Source: Macrostomum hystrix (lineage: Eukaryota > Animalia > Platyhelminthes). Taken from it: a stretch of DNA of 64,000 nt. Every line of letters starts with the position of its first letter. The stretch's first letter is position 1. Location: contig CATNEN010000001.1 in the NCBI GenBank assembly GCA_950097015.1, positions 23,746,001 through 23,810,000 on the forward strand, read 5' to 3'. Positions 1-11,094 of this stretch are shown here, one piece after another. The position numbers were made by a program, and so were the translations under genes. The notes beneath the pieces are model-generated. The model did not search any database, was not told the origin of the DNA, and was given only the letters and a program-made list of their open reading frames with translations.

Positions 1-325
1 AGCAGGAAGGCAGCTGAGCAATATCGGAATTAATCAAATCGAGCCGCTGCTGAGTCTGGGATATCGAGAAGGCTGCGTGATTGAAAGTTTCTTCGTGGAC
101 ACCGAGTCACACAGGGTGGGATTTGAGATTCTCTTTTGATTCTCTGTTGTCTGTTCCGCCACAAGTGAAAAATTGCAGTTCATTGGCTTAGAACTTGGGA
201 CGTCTGATTCAGAGGTCAGGAGTTCGATTCTCAGCCGGAAGGAGACCCTTTAGTTTGTTATCGTTTCAGTTATCGGACCAACTCCAGTCCATGGACTGAA
301 CAGCTGTACATACACACTCAAAAAT

Positions 326-638
326 TAATCATAACAATAATTGCAGGAGGGCTGCAGTCAATGTCACATCATTTGGTGACACTAGACCCGCAGCCAGCGA
401 GGAGGCAGCTCAGGAGTCAGCCCATTTCGCTGACTCCTGAGCACACGGATACACACTTTCTCATTGTCAGGCTTTCACTGGGCCTTGGAGGTTGGACCTC
501 AAGGGCGTAAATTGCACGACAAGCCCCCAAAGCCTTCTCTCCGCGGCTCCGCCCCAAATAAATGTGGCCTCGCCGCGGAATCGAGCTCAGGGACCGTGGT
601 GCGAGAGGCAAACGCGTTAACCGCTCGGCCACTCACCC
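326..638 (-). mobile_element. tRNA-derived SINE, family B (apparently full-length copy)
   Basis: Minus strand begins GGGTGAGTGGCCGAGCGGTTAACGCG...GAGCTCGATTCC (A-box TGGCCGAGCGG, B-box-like GCTCGATTCC) and ends in an ATT-rich tail. Homologous to 46393-46702 and 55370-55530. Confidence 0.7.
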
Positions 639-1134
639 TCCAGAGCCGTTCATATAGCATTACCTGTTTTTTATACCCAAACCATTCCGTTCCTAACTGA
701 CTTACATATCATTGCGTGCGGTGCCTAGCAACATTTTTTTCGCTTGCGTACACCACTCTCGAAATGGTTCCGCTTTCAGGGTGAAAGCATACGGGACAAT
801 ATTCACTAAAAGCAGACAGGCCGCAAGATACCTTCTGTTGCACAGTTCTGAGTGACTAATAAGTGTCACCTGGCATAAGAGCCATATGCCGATGCAATTT
901 TTTTTAAGATCCTAAAAACTTTAGCTGCGCGGTAAATAAAGGCTTTTATGATGAGCCTATAGGCTTCAGCAGCAGCAGATGTGTGACCGACTTCACCAAC
1001 CAAAGTGAATGACGTACGACTGCACAGTACTGGACTAATGTGGGGTTCCATGTTTAGGGCTAAAAGTTACAAACAACGCGGGCGTAATGCAACGTATTAC
1101 AAACATATTACTGCCTGAAGATGTGAAAGTCCAA

Positions 1135-3560
1135 GAGAGATGAGACACGAAAGAGATGAGACACGAAAGAGTTAAGACACTGGAGAGTTGAGACACGGGA
1201 GAGATGAGACACGGGAGAGATGAGACACGGGAGAGATGAGACACGGGAGAGATGAGACACGGGAAAGATGAGACACGGGAGAGATGAGACACGGGAAAGA
1301 TGAGGCACGGGAGAGATGAGACACGGGAGAGATGAGACACGAGAGAGATGAGACACGAAAGAGTTAAGACACTGAAGAGTTGAGATACGGGAGAGATGAG
1401 ACACGGGAAAGATGAGGCACGGGAGAGATGAGACACGGGAGAGACGAGACACGGGAAAGATGAGGCACGGGAGAGATGAGACACGGGAGAGATGAGACAC
1501 GAGAGAGATGAGACACGAAAGAGTTAAGACACTGAAGAGTTGAGATACGGGAGAGATGAGACACTGGAGAGATAAGACAAGGGAGAGATGAGACACGGGA
1601 GAGATGAGACAATGGAGAGATGAGACACGGGAGAGATGAGACACGGGAAAGATGAGGCACGGGAGAGATGAGACACGGGAGAGATGAGACACGGGAAAGA
1701 TGAGGCACGGGAGAGATGAGACACGGGAGAGATGAGACACGAGAGAGATGAGACACGAAAGAGTTAAGACACTGAAGAGTTGAGATACGGGAGAGATGAG
1801 ACACGGGAGAGATGAGACACGGGAGAGATGAGACACGGGAGAAATGAGACACTGGAGAGATAAGACAAGGGAGAGATGAGACACGGGAGAGATGAGACAA
1901 TGGAGAGATGAGACAGTGGAGAGATAAGACAAGGGAGAGATGAGACACGAAAGAGTTAAGACACTGAAGAGTTGAGACACGGGAGAGATGAGACACGGGA
2001 GAGATGAGACACGGGAGAAATGAGACACGGGAGAGATGAGACACTGGAGAGATAAGACAAGGGAGAGATGAGACAGTGGAGAGATAAGACAAGGGAGAGA
2101 TGAGACACGGGAGAGATAAGACAAGGGAGAGATGAGACACGGGAGAGATGAGACACGGGAGAGATAAGACAAGGGAGAGATGAGACAATGGAGAGATGAG
2201 ACAGTGGAGAGATAAGACAAGGGAGAGATGAGACACGGGAGAGATAAGACACGGGAGAGATGAGACACTGGAGAGATGAGACACGGGAGAGATGAGACAC
2301 GGGAGAGATGAGACACTGGAGAGATGAGACACGGGAGAGATGAGACACGGGAGAAATGAGACAAGGGAGAGATAAGACAGGGAGAGATGAGACATGGGAG
2401 AGATGAGACAGGGGAGAGATGAGACATGGGAGAGATGAGACAGGGGAGAGATGAGACATGGGAGAGATGAGACAGGGGAGAGATGAGACAGGGGAGAGAT
2501 GAGACAGGGGAAAGATTATACACGGAAGAGATGAGACACCGGAGAGATGAGACAGGGGAGAGATGAGACAGGGGAGAGATGAGGCAGGCGAGAGATGAGA
2601 CAGGGGGGAGATGAGACACGGGAGAGATGAGACACGGGAGAGATGAGACACGGGAGAGATGAGACACGGGAGAGATGAGACACGGGAGAGATGAGACACT
2701 GGAGAGATGAGACACGGGAGAGATGAGACACGGGAGAAATGAGACACTGGAGAGATAAGACAAGGGAGAGATGAGACACGGAATAGATGAGACACGGGAG
2801 AGATGAGACACGGGAGAGATAAGACAAGGGAGAGATGAGACAATGGAGAGATGAGACAGTGGAGAGATAAGACAAGGGAGAGATGAGACACGGGAGAGAT
2901 AAGACACGGGAGAGATGAGACACGGGAGAGATGAGACACGGGAGAGATGAGACACGGGAGAGATGAGACACGGGAGAGATGAGACACGGGAGAGATGAGA
3001 CACTGGAGAGATGAGACACGGGAGAGATGAGACACGGGAGAAATGAGACACGGGAGAAATGAGACACTGGAGAGATAAGACAAGGGAGAGATGAGACAAT
3101 GGAGAGATGAGACACGGGAGAGATGAGACACGGGAGAAATGAGACACTGGAGAGATAAGACAAGGGAGAGATGAGGCACGGAATAGATGAGACACGGGAG
3201 AGATGAGACACGGGAGAGATAAGACAAGGGAGAGATGAGACAATGGAGAGATGAGACAGTGGAGAGATAAGACAAGGGAGAGATGAGACACGGGAGAGAT
3301 AAGACACGGGAGAGATGAGACACGGGAGAGATGAGACACGGGAGAGATGAGACACGGGAGAGATGAGACACGGGAGAGATGAGACACGGGAGAGATGAGA
3401 CACTGGAGAGATGAGACACGGGAGAGATGAGACACGGGAGAAATGAGACACGGGAGAAATGAGACACTGGAGAGATAAGACAAGGGAGAGATGAGACACG
3501 GAAGAGATGAGACACGGGAGAGATGAGACACGGGAGTGATCAGACGCGGGAGAGTTGAGA
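1135..3560. repeat. 17-bp minisatellite (GAGAGATGAGACACGGG)n, about 2.4 kb
   Basis: Direct tandem repeat. Same family as 34345-35720 (opposite strand) and 43990-44760. Confidence 0.97.
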
Positions 3561-4559
3561 CACGCAATATCTGTCCCAAAAGCCGGAGTTTAACTATTTC
3601 CGTAAAGCACAAACGAAATGTGAATGGAATTTCGGTGTAAAGTTTCTGCAGCAATGACATTTGGGCTCAAAACTGCTCGCAGAAGCGGATTGCCCATTAG
3701 GTACACAAGTCTTCCTGATTGCCCAACAATTTTCAGGGCCTTTCACACGCCTACCGCAACTGTTGTTGATCCAACAATTAAGTCCAAGCCAAAGGTGTAA
3801 AAAATCTAGACGGTCGAACAGAAAAAACTTTCAACTTTAACTGCCTAACAGCATCAGCTTGACAAGCGCCGAACGCGATTTCTAGAGAGCAAAAGCGACT
3901 ATCGAGTTTCGCGCACAAGTCTTTGGGAAATCTCTCCTTGCACATCCCCCATGCAGATACAGCCAAGCAGGATCCAGAACTGGGGATCACGGCTTGGCCA
4001 TCGGCCATCATTAGCGCAGCAGGAGGTCTGGGGTCAGAGAAGCTCCAAGGAGAGCCTCTCACTTTCACTTTCAAGCGAGCCGCAAAGAAAAGCAAAAATG
4101 AGAGGCGAAAAGGCGCTAAAGAATGTTGGCAGATCTTGGAGGACGCCGCTATTAGTCGGACTAGCACCTGACCGGCTCTTTAGCCTAATAACTGGCATCG
4201 CAAGCTTGATAGGCCCATCCGGATGGGATTTGTGGATCCTTACGAGGATAAATGGCGTATGGGGATAACCTAGACAGGGCTTGACCTCCGGTACCAAAAC
4301 CTCTCCTGTCGATTACACCTCCTGCATGTTTGGGAATTAAAACTATAGGGATCATTTTTATGTAGGGACTTAAGAGGCCGCTGAAGGTAAGTCTAAGATT
4401 AAAAAAGCTATGAGAATTTTTGGTTGAAATACAGTAGTAGACTCCTTTCGTAGGTTTAAAGTTATAAAACCCCAATATACTGAATGATACCCATGCTGAC
4501 GACACATCAGCATGGTCGTCGTGATGACACTAAAAAAATATGAAACAGCAGGACGACAC

Positions 4560-5441
4560 AATCAGATAATTACACCCCAAGACGATAACAGCGTTAGAAA
4601 ATGACACCCTTAGACGGTAACACCCTAGACGATAACATTATTAGATAATTACAACCCTAGACGATAACACTATTAGATAATTACAACCCTAGACGATAAC
4701 ACTATTAGATAATTACAACCCTAGACGATAACACCATTATATAATTACAACCCTAGACGATAACACCATTATATAATTACAACCCTAGACGATAACACCA
4801 TTAGATAATTACAACCCTAGACGATAACACCATTAGATAATTACAACCCTAGACGATAACACTATTAGATAATTACAACCCTAGACGATAACACCATTAG
4901 ATAATTACAACCCTAGACGATAACTCTGTAAGCTGAATAACACTAGTCAGGTCATGTTAGCTGACAAACGAACCGTTGAGGGCCAGAGCCAAAGCTTTCG
5001 ATCTATTTATTATGCACACACTGGTCGATGAATGTACATTGATTATTGAAACGATTTGATAGGTTGAGGGCTAAAACATGCACTGACACGCAGGTGCATA
5101 TGCGGTGAGTAAACACTGCTAAAGTGAGAGAGCGCACGAGAGAAAGGGAGTTAGATAACATAGAAAGTAAACGAGGTCTAAAGCATAAAAGTGCAACCGC
5201 AAACCCAACGAACTCCATTATATAATTACAACCCTAGACGATAACACCATTATATAATTACAACCCTAGACGATAACACCATTATATAATTACAACCCTA
5301 GACGATAACACCATTATATAATTACAACCCCAGACGATAACACCATTATATAATTACAACCCTAGACGATAACACCATTATATAATACAACCCTAGACGA
5401 TAATACCATTTGATTATTACAACCCTAGACGATAACACCAT
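4560..5441. repeat. ~31-bp minisatellite (ATTAGATAATTACAACCCTAGACGATAACAC-like), interrupted at 4927-5210
   Basis: Tandem units lie on both sides of a 284-bp insertion. Confidence 0.93.
4927..5210. mobile_element. Probable solo LTR (284 bp) inserted in the minisatellite
   Basis: Starts TGTAAG and ends CCCAACG (one base off the canonical ACA). Flanked by the 5-bp direct repeat AACTC (4922-4926, 5211-5215). AATAAA is present on the minus strand. Confidence 0.6.
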
Positions 5442-5463
5442 GAGACTATGAAAGCCAAGCTAA

Positions 5464-5640
5464 TGTAAACTAGGTCAGAAGGCGAGACTTGCGCGAGAAC
5501 CGAGAAAACACGAGGTGACTAAAGCCTCAAGTGAGCGACTTTATATTTGGCTATGTACACCAGAGAATGTACATCGCATTGCACAATTTACGAAGCCAAC
5601 TTACGACGCGATGCGAGAATGAATCACCGCACACCTTACA
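5464..5640 (-). repeat. 3' LTR
   Basis: Identical by eye to 10237-10413. Confidence 0.97.
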
Positions 5641-5654
5641 TCACTCCATCCCTA
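5641..5654 (-). promoter_or_regulatory. Polypurine tract
   Basis: Minus strand TAGGGATGGAGTGA immediately before the 3' LTR. Confidence 0.8.
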
Positions 5655-5750
5655 AATTGAGGACATTAAAACAAAAAAATAAACAAATATTTTAGGCAGC
5701 TTAAAATGATGCACTACAAGCTTTATAAGAACAAAAAAATAGTTAGCAGC

Positions 5751-8700
5751 TCAAAATTGCGCGACAAAAAAATCTGGCTGCCTCCGAGTCCGATTCGAGC
5801 GTCTGGGCCCAGCAGGCGCCGGTTCGTCCAGCAGCTCCTGCCAGGTCTCACGCGGGTCGGCAGCCGGACTGGGCGGCCGGTCGCTCTCTGCAGCGGGTGG
5901 GTCGGCGGCGGGCTGCGGGACAGCGGGCTGCGGCCGCCTCGCCACGAACGCTTTCAGCCGGTCGTGGTGCACCACCGAGCTCCGCCTCCGCCCGGTGGGC
6001 TTGGAGATCCGGTAGGTGACTGGGCCCAGCTTCTCGAGCACTCGGTACGGCCCCAACCACCGCCGGCGGAGCGCCTTGGACTGGCCCTTCTGCACCGCCG
6101 GGTTGTTGAGCATCACCAGCTGGCCGACTTGGAACGGAGTGAAGTGCTGGCGCTTGTCGTACTGCTGCTTCCGCGACCGCTGCGTCGACTGCAGGCGCTG
6201 CCGCACTAGCTGCAGGCCGGCGCGGGCGTCCGCCAGCGCGTCCGTGACGACCGGCCTCTCACCGGCGGCGGGCAGGCTGAGCTCGGCTGGGATCCGGGGG
6301 TCGCGGCCGTGCAGCACCGCGTACGGTGACCGCTTGGTGGTGCTGTGGACCGACGAGTTGTACGCCCAGATGACGTACGGCAGGAAAGCCGCCCACCTGT
6401 CCTGCTGCTCCATGCAGTAGGCCGCCAGCATGTCGCCCAGAGTCCGGTTGAATCGCTCGACCACCGGATTGCCGCTGGGGTGGAATGGTGTCGTCCTGGT
6501 CTTTCGAATGTCGAGCAGCCGGCACAGCTCCTGGAAGACGTCGCTTTCGAACTGGCGACCTTGATCGGAGTGGATGACCTCGGGCGACCCGTGGCGGAGG
6601 ACGACGCTGCGCAGCATGGCTTCAGCGACCGTGCGAGTCTCGATGTTGGTCGCTGGGGCCGCTTCGACCCACTTGGAGAACACGTCGGTGAAGCAGATGA
6701 TGTACTTCTGACCGGCCTCTGTGGCCGGCAGCGGTCCTTTGATGTCCACCTGCACCATCTCCCAGGGAGTTGACGGCACGGTGTTGTCCTGCAGCGGCGC
6801 CCTTTGGTGCTGGTGCGGTACCTTGCGACGCTGGCACACCTCGCAGCTGCTCACCCAGTGCTGGACGTCGTCCTTCAGGCCGGGCCACCAGGCTCTGTTG
6901 ACGACCCTCGCTAGCGTCCTGTCCAGTCCGAGGTGCCCGCTTGCCGGGTCGTCGTGCAGCTGCCTCAGAAGCTCCTGGCGAAGCTGCAGCGGAATGACGG
7001 GGAAGCCGCTTCTCCTGATGACGCCGTCCTCGCCAAGCTCCAGGTTCTCCGACCTCACCAGGCTCTCTGCGTCGTCTGCGGCCTTGCCTCGCCGGGGCCT
7101 CCGTCCGATGAGCACCTGGCGAGCCGCCGCCAGCACCGGGTCATCGGCCTGCGCCGCGCTGATTTCCTCGTCCGACCAGGCGGGTGTCAGCCGGGTCGCC
7201 GCCGCCCGGCTCAGCGCGTCCGCCACCACGTTCTCGCGACCAGGCCTGAAGAGCAGCTTGAAATTGATCTCCTGCAGGAGCGTGATCCACCTGGCCAGGC
7301 GACCTTCGGGTTCCTTGGTGTTCAGCAGCCCTTGCAGCGGCTTGTGGTCGGAGAAGACGAGAATTTCGCCGGCGGACGCCAAGTAGTTCCGGAAGTGCTT
7401 CATGGCCCACACGACCGCCAGAAGCTCTCTGTGGGTGGTCGAGTAATTGCGCTCTGCCTTATTCAGGACTCTCGACGCGTAGGCGACCGGGCATTCGACG
7501 CCTTCGTGGAGCTGGCTGAGGACTCCTGCGATGGCCACGCCGCTGCTGTCGCAGCACAGCCGGAATCCCTTGGAGAAATCCGGCAGCTTCAGCACTGGGG
7601 GTGCCGACAGCGCCGACTTCAGCTCGCGCAGGGCTGCCTCGCACTCTGCCGTCCACCGAAACTGCCGACTTTTCTGAGTCGCCTGGTGCAGCGGATTCGC
7701 AATGCTGGAGAAGTGCGGCACGAACCGCCGGTAGAAGCCCAGCATGCCGACGAGCCGACGAACGTCCTCAGCGCACTCGGGCGTCGGGATGGACTGGATG
7801 GCGCTGACCTTGTCCTGGGTTGGCTGGATCCCATCGGCCGAAATCTTGTGCCCCAGGTACTCGACCTCCTGGAAGCAGAAGCAGCTCTTGCGCTTGTTCA
7901 GCTTGAGGCCCGCCGACTGCAGCCTTCCCAGGACTTCCTTCAGCGTCTGCGCGTGCTGCTCGAACGTCGTGCTGAACAGGATCAGGTCGTCCATGTAGGT
8001 GAGCACCTCCGTCCAGTTCAGGCCCGCCATCGTCAAGTCCATCAGGCGCTGGAAGGTCGCCGGGGCGTTGCAGAGGCCGAAGCCGAGCTTCCTGTACTGC
8101 ATCAGGCCTTGCGTGGTGTAGAAGGCGGTCTTCTCCCGGTCCTGCTCGCGCAGCTCGACCTGCAGGAACCCTTGGCGGAGATCGAGCGTGCTGAACCAGC
8201 TGCTGCCAGTGAGCGCGTCCAGAGCGACAGACAGCGGCGGCAGCGGGTAGGCGTCCTTCACGGTGCACGAGTTGAGGGCCCTCCAGTCGGTGCAGATGCG
8301 GATTTCGTTGTTTTTCTTGCGCACCACCAGCAGATTGCTCGCCCACGGACTGCATGACGGTTCGATGATCCCGTGACGCAGCATCTCGCTGATCTTGTCG
8401 TCCACCTGCTGTCTGAAGTTCAGTGGCACTGTCCGCTGCCTGTGCTTGATGGGGCGGCTGCCGGGTTCCAGGTTGATCTCGTGCTGCAGTAGGTGCGTGG
8501 TCCCCAGGTCGAACTCGTGACTGGCGAATGCCAGCTCATGCTGGTTCAGCAGGGCTTCGATGACCTCGCGCTGCGACCGGCTCAGCTCCGGGTTGATGTT
8601 GAAGCCGGCCTCCTCCGCAGCTTCACCGTCGGGCCCGTGAGGCTCGGCAGCGTCGAAGTTGCCGATGGCCTGATTCTGGTAGAGCACCACCGGGTCGGCG

Positions 8701-9371
8701 CTCAGGTTGCAGACTCCCACCGGCAGGTTGCCGTGCGCGCTGGAGACCACCAGAGCCCGGTTCGGCAGCAGGCCGGTCTTGTCGACGAAGTCAGAGCTGG
8801 GCTCGAACAGACCCTGCTCAACGTACGATGCCACCTTGACCGGGATGATGACGCGGCTGCGGGCTGGGATGGACACGGTGCTGGCGACTCTGGCGACCAC
8901 GGCGGTGGGCACCACCCGGCAGGCCGGCATGGAGTTCCTGTCTGGCAGGACTGGGATCCTGGTTGACCCCAGCAGGACAGAAGACGACATGAGATCCACG
9001 CTGAAGGTTGAGCACATCTTGCTGATGGCGTCCATGCCGAGCACGCATTCCGGCTGAATGTCGGCGACCACCGTCACCGGGTGCTCCATGGGCGGCAGTC
9101 CGCCCAGCTGAATGGCCAGCGTTGCGCATGCCGGAGACTCCAAGCGTCGACCATCGATCCCGACCGGAGTGCTGAGAGGCGGATGAAGCTGAGCTGCGAC
9201 TCCCAGAGCTCGAAACTGGGCAGCTGATACGAGCGTCACCTGCGCGCCCGTGTCGAACAGCCACCTGCAGGGCCGGCCTGCGATGCTGCCGGGCAGGAAG
9301 AGCGAAGCGGTTTGGGCCTTGCTAGGCAGGGCTGGTGATGGCCCACGGTCACCAGTCCTCAGAAGTTTCCC
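5751..9371 (-). CDS. pol: Pol polyprotein (protease, RT, RNase H, integrase), probably entered from gag by -1 frameshift
   Basis: Uninterrupted ORF with LFDTGA (protease), LDLRQGF and YMDD (RT), CCDSSG...RNYSTTHRELLA (RNase H), H..H..C..C, VDIKG/SDQG/VERFN (integrase) and a WLGPY GPY/F motif. Confidence 0.96.
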   Translation of the reverse strand, partial: GKLLRTGDRGPSPALPSKAQTASLFLPGSIAGRPCRWLFDTGAQVTLVSAAQFRALGVAAQLHPPLSTPVGIDGRRLESPACATLAIQLGGLPPMEHPVTVVADIQPECVLGMDAISKMCSTFSVDLMSSSVLLGSTRIPVLPDRNSMPACRVVPTAVVARVASTVSIPARSRVIIPVKVASYVEQGLFEPSSDFVDKTGLLPNRALVVSSAHGNLPVGVCNLSADPVVLYQNQAIGNFDAAEPHGPDGEAAEEAGFNINPELSRSQREVIEALLNQHELAFASHEFDLGTTHLLQHEINLEPGSRPIKHRQRTVPLNFRQQVDDKISEMLRHGIIEPSCSPWASNLLVVRKKNNEIRICTDWRALNSCTVKDAYPLPPLSVALDALTGSSWFSTLDLRQGFLQVELREQDREKTAFYTTQGLMQYRKLGFGLCNAPATFQRLMDLTMAGLNWTEVLTYMDDLILFSTTFEQHAQTLKEVLGRLQSAGLKLNKRKSCFCFQEVEYLGHKISADGIQPTQDKVSAIQSIPTPECAEDVRRLVGMLGFYRRFVPHFSSIANPLHQATQKSRQFRWTAECEAALRELKSALSAPPVLKLPDFSKGFRLCCDSSGVAIAGVLSQLHEGVECPVAYASRVLNKAERNYSTTHRELLAVVWAMKHFRNYLASAGEILVFSDHKPLQGLLNTKEPEGRLARWITLLQEINFKLLFRPGRENVVADALSRAAATRLTPAWSDEEISAAQADDPVLAAARQVLIGRRPRRGKAADDAESLVRSENLELGEDGVIRRSGFPVIPLQLRQELLRQLHDDPASGHLGLDRTLARVVNRAWWPGLKDDVQHWVSSCEVCQRRKVPHQHQRAPLQDNTVPSTPWEMVQVDIKGPLPATEAGQKYIICFTDVFSKWVEAAPATNIETRTVAEAMLRSVVLRHGSPEVIHSDQGRQFESDVFQELCRLLDIRKTRTTPFHPSGNPVVERFNRTLGDMLAAYCMEQQDRWAAFLPYVIWAYNSSVHSTTKRSPYAVLHGRDPRIPAELSLPAAGERPVVTDALADARAGLQLVRQRLQSTQRSRKQQYDKRQHFTPFQVGQLVMLNNPAVQKGQSKALRRRWLGPYRVLEKLGPVTYRISKPTGRRRSSVVHHDRLKAFVARRPQPAVPQPAADPPAAESDRPPSPAADPRETWQELLDEPAPAGPRRSNRTRRQPDFFVAQF
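9313..9371 (-). promoter_or_regulatory. -1 ribosomal frameshift signal: G_GGA_AAC heptamer plus H-type pseudoknot
   Basis: Heptamer at 9365-9371 in the gag frame. After a short spacer come stem 1 CTGGTGA/TCACCAG and stem 2 TGGGCC/GGCCCA. Confidence 0.85.
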
Positions 9372-10195
9372 GAAGCCGGGGTCGGGCAGACCTCGGCCCG
9401 GTGCCCTTTGCCTGAGCAGCGGCTGCACACGGGCGGCACGGCTGGCGCGGCCTGCCTGGGGCACTGGGCCGCGAAATGGCCGGGCTGAGCGCAGTTGAAG
9501 CATTTCCCGCGACCGCTGCCTCTCCCCCGAGCTCCTCTTCCTCGCGCACCGCGCTGTCCGCGGCTGCTGATGGTAGCGACCGTCGCAGCCAGGTTCGCCA
9601 GCTGCTCCTGCATCTGCTCCAGCCGGTCCACCACTTGGCTGCTCACCGATGTTACCGCGATGCTTGCAGAGGCGCCTCTGCCGCCGATGCTCTCAAGAGC
9701 CGTGGCGCGGTCCGCCAGCTGCTCCGGGCTGCTGCTGCTGCAGTCAGCGTCTTTCAGCAACGCTTCGCGAATCTCCTTCGACAGCAGAGCCAGCAGTCGG
9801 TGTCGCACTTCGCAGTCTCTCACCGTCTGATCGTGGTCAGGGCGTGCCTTCCGGTACAGGAGCTTGAGAGCGTGGCACAGCTCCCTCAGCGACTCTCCTT
9901 GGCGTCGCTTCCGGCTCTCGAACTCCGACATGGCGCAGAACGAGTTCTCCTTGCCACGGTAGAACTTGACCAGCTCGTCCTTGATGGTCGCGAAGCTCTT
10001 CTTCTTCTCCTCCGGCAGGTCCCACACGAAGACGAGCGCCTCGCCAGATAAGAGCAGCCGGATTTTCGATGCCATCTTTTTGTCGTCCCACTCGGAATCC
10101 GTGGCGAAGTCCTCAAACATTTGCAGCCACATGTTGATGTCGGCATCGTCTGAGCCGGAAAACTTGGGTGGCAAAAGTGCATTGGCGTGCGCCAT
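9359..10195 (-). CDS. gag: Gag (278 aa) with two CCHC zinc knuckles
   Basis: PPKFSG...W...F N-terminal gag motif, with knuckles CFNCAQPGHFAAQC and CSRCSGKGHRAEVC. Confidence 0.95.
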   Translation of the reverse strand: MAHANALLPPKFSGSDDADINMWLQMFEDFATDSEWDDKKMASKIRLLLSGEALVFVWDLPEEKKKSFATIKDELVKFYRGKENSFCAMSEFESRKRRQGESLRELCHALKLLYRKARPDHDQTVRDCEVRHRLLALLSKEIREALLKDADCSSSSPEQLADRATALESIGGRGASASIAVTSVSSQVVDRLEQMQEQLANLAATVATISSRGQRGARGRGARGRGSGRGKCFNCAQPGHFAAQCPRQAAPAVPPVCSRCSGKGHRAEVCPTPASGNF

Positions 10196-10222
10196 GAGTG
10201 AGTGGGCCGACTTGAGATAGAG

Positions 10223-10235
10223 ACCGCTGCCACCA
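10223..10235 (-). promoter_or_regulatory. Primer-binding site, tRNA-Leu type
   Basis: Minus strand TGGTGGCAGCGGT one base after the 5' LTR, complementary to a tRNA-Leu 3' end (ACCGCUGCCACCA). Confidence 0.8.
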
Positions 10236-10236
10236 A

Positions 10237-10413
10237 TGTAAACTAGGTCAGAAGGCGAGACTTGCGCGAGAACCGAGAAAACACGAGGTGACTAAAGCCT
10301 CAAGTGAGCGACTTTATATTTGGCTATGTACACCAGAGAATGTACATCGCATTGCACAATTTACGAAGCCAACTTACGACGCGATGCGAGAATGAATCAC
10401 CGCACACCTTACA
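10237..10413 (-). repeat. 5' LTR
   Basis: Identical to 5464-5640. Confidence 0.97.
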
Positions 10414-11094
10414 CTAATATGAACACTGGAATAAACATTTAACTGTAGTTTTTTCTATTTCTATTTTTATTATTATTTTGTACTTTTAACCAAATGGCTC
10501 AAATCGAAGATCAGCGCAAACAGTCTGAATGCTCAGGAGACTATCCCACGGATTGCACTGTATCAGAGCTACACAGCCAGCAATGGGACTTAGCGATCAT
10601 TGTGGGCATGGTTTGAGCGGAGACAGTCCTGGAAAACTCATTATTTTTGGCCGGCAGTGAAGCCGTAGCAAGCAAGCGGCGACCTTTATCGGGTCCGCGA
10701 GATCTTGATTGAATTTCCTGACCCATTGCGGTCTCGTTTAAGTTGAGACTCAGTTTATTGAAACGGCTAGTCATGGATATTGTCTTATAAGGCTAGTCAT
10801 TTGCATAAATTCTGTAGTCACAAAGATGCTTTCTCGACTTTCACTTTAAATCATAACATTTACATTTTAAATACGGATAAGCGTCAATAGATCAATTCTT
10901 GTAGAAGTCTCAGTAATTGATTTTATTTAGTTTTTTGATTTGTTCTCCAAAGAAACCAATTGCTCGAGGTCTAGGAAGTAAAGATTGAGTGAGACTAATA
11001 AGATACAATTAAATGGAATTTCTTTTAAACCTTTGTGAAATACCACGGAAGGAGGGAGTGTTGAGACAGCTATGGAAGAATAAAGGACACAGAT

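Larger units (their letters stand above)
5464..10413 (-). mobile_element. Full-length Ty3/Gypsy LTR retrotransposon (4950 bp)
   Basis: Identical 177-bp TGT...ACA LTRs, 4-bp TSD CTAA (5460-5463, 10414-10417), PBS and PPT, gag plus pol in PR-RT-RH-IN order. Confidence 0.98.

Noticed and set aside
1035-3660. Long ORFs (up to 850 aa, SHLSRVSSLPCLISP repeats)
   Set aside because: Translations of a 17-bp minisatellite, open in several frames at once.
5706-10220. Plus-strand and alternative-frame ORFs overlapping gag/pol (for example 6933-8357)
   Set aside because: Shadow ORFs of GC-rich coding DNA with no recognisable domains.
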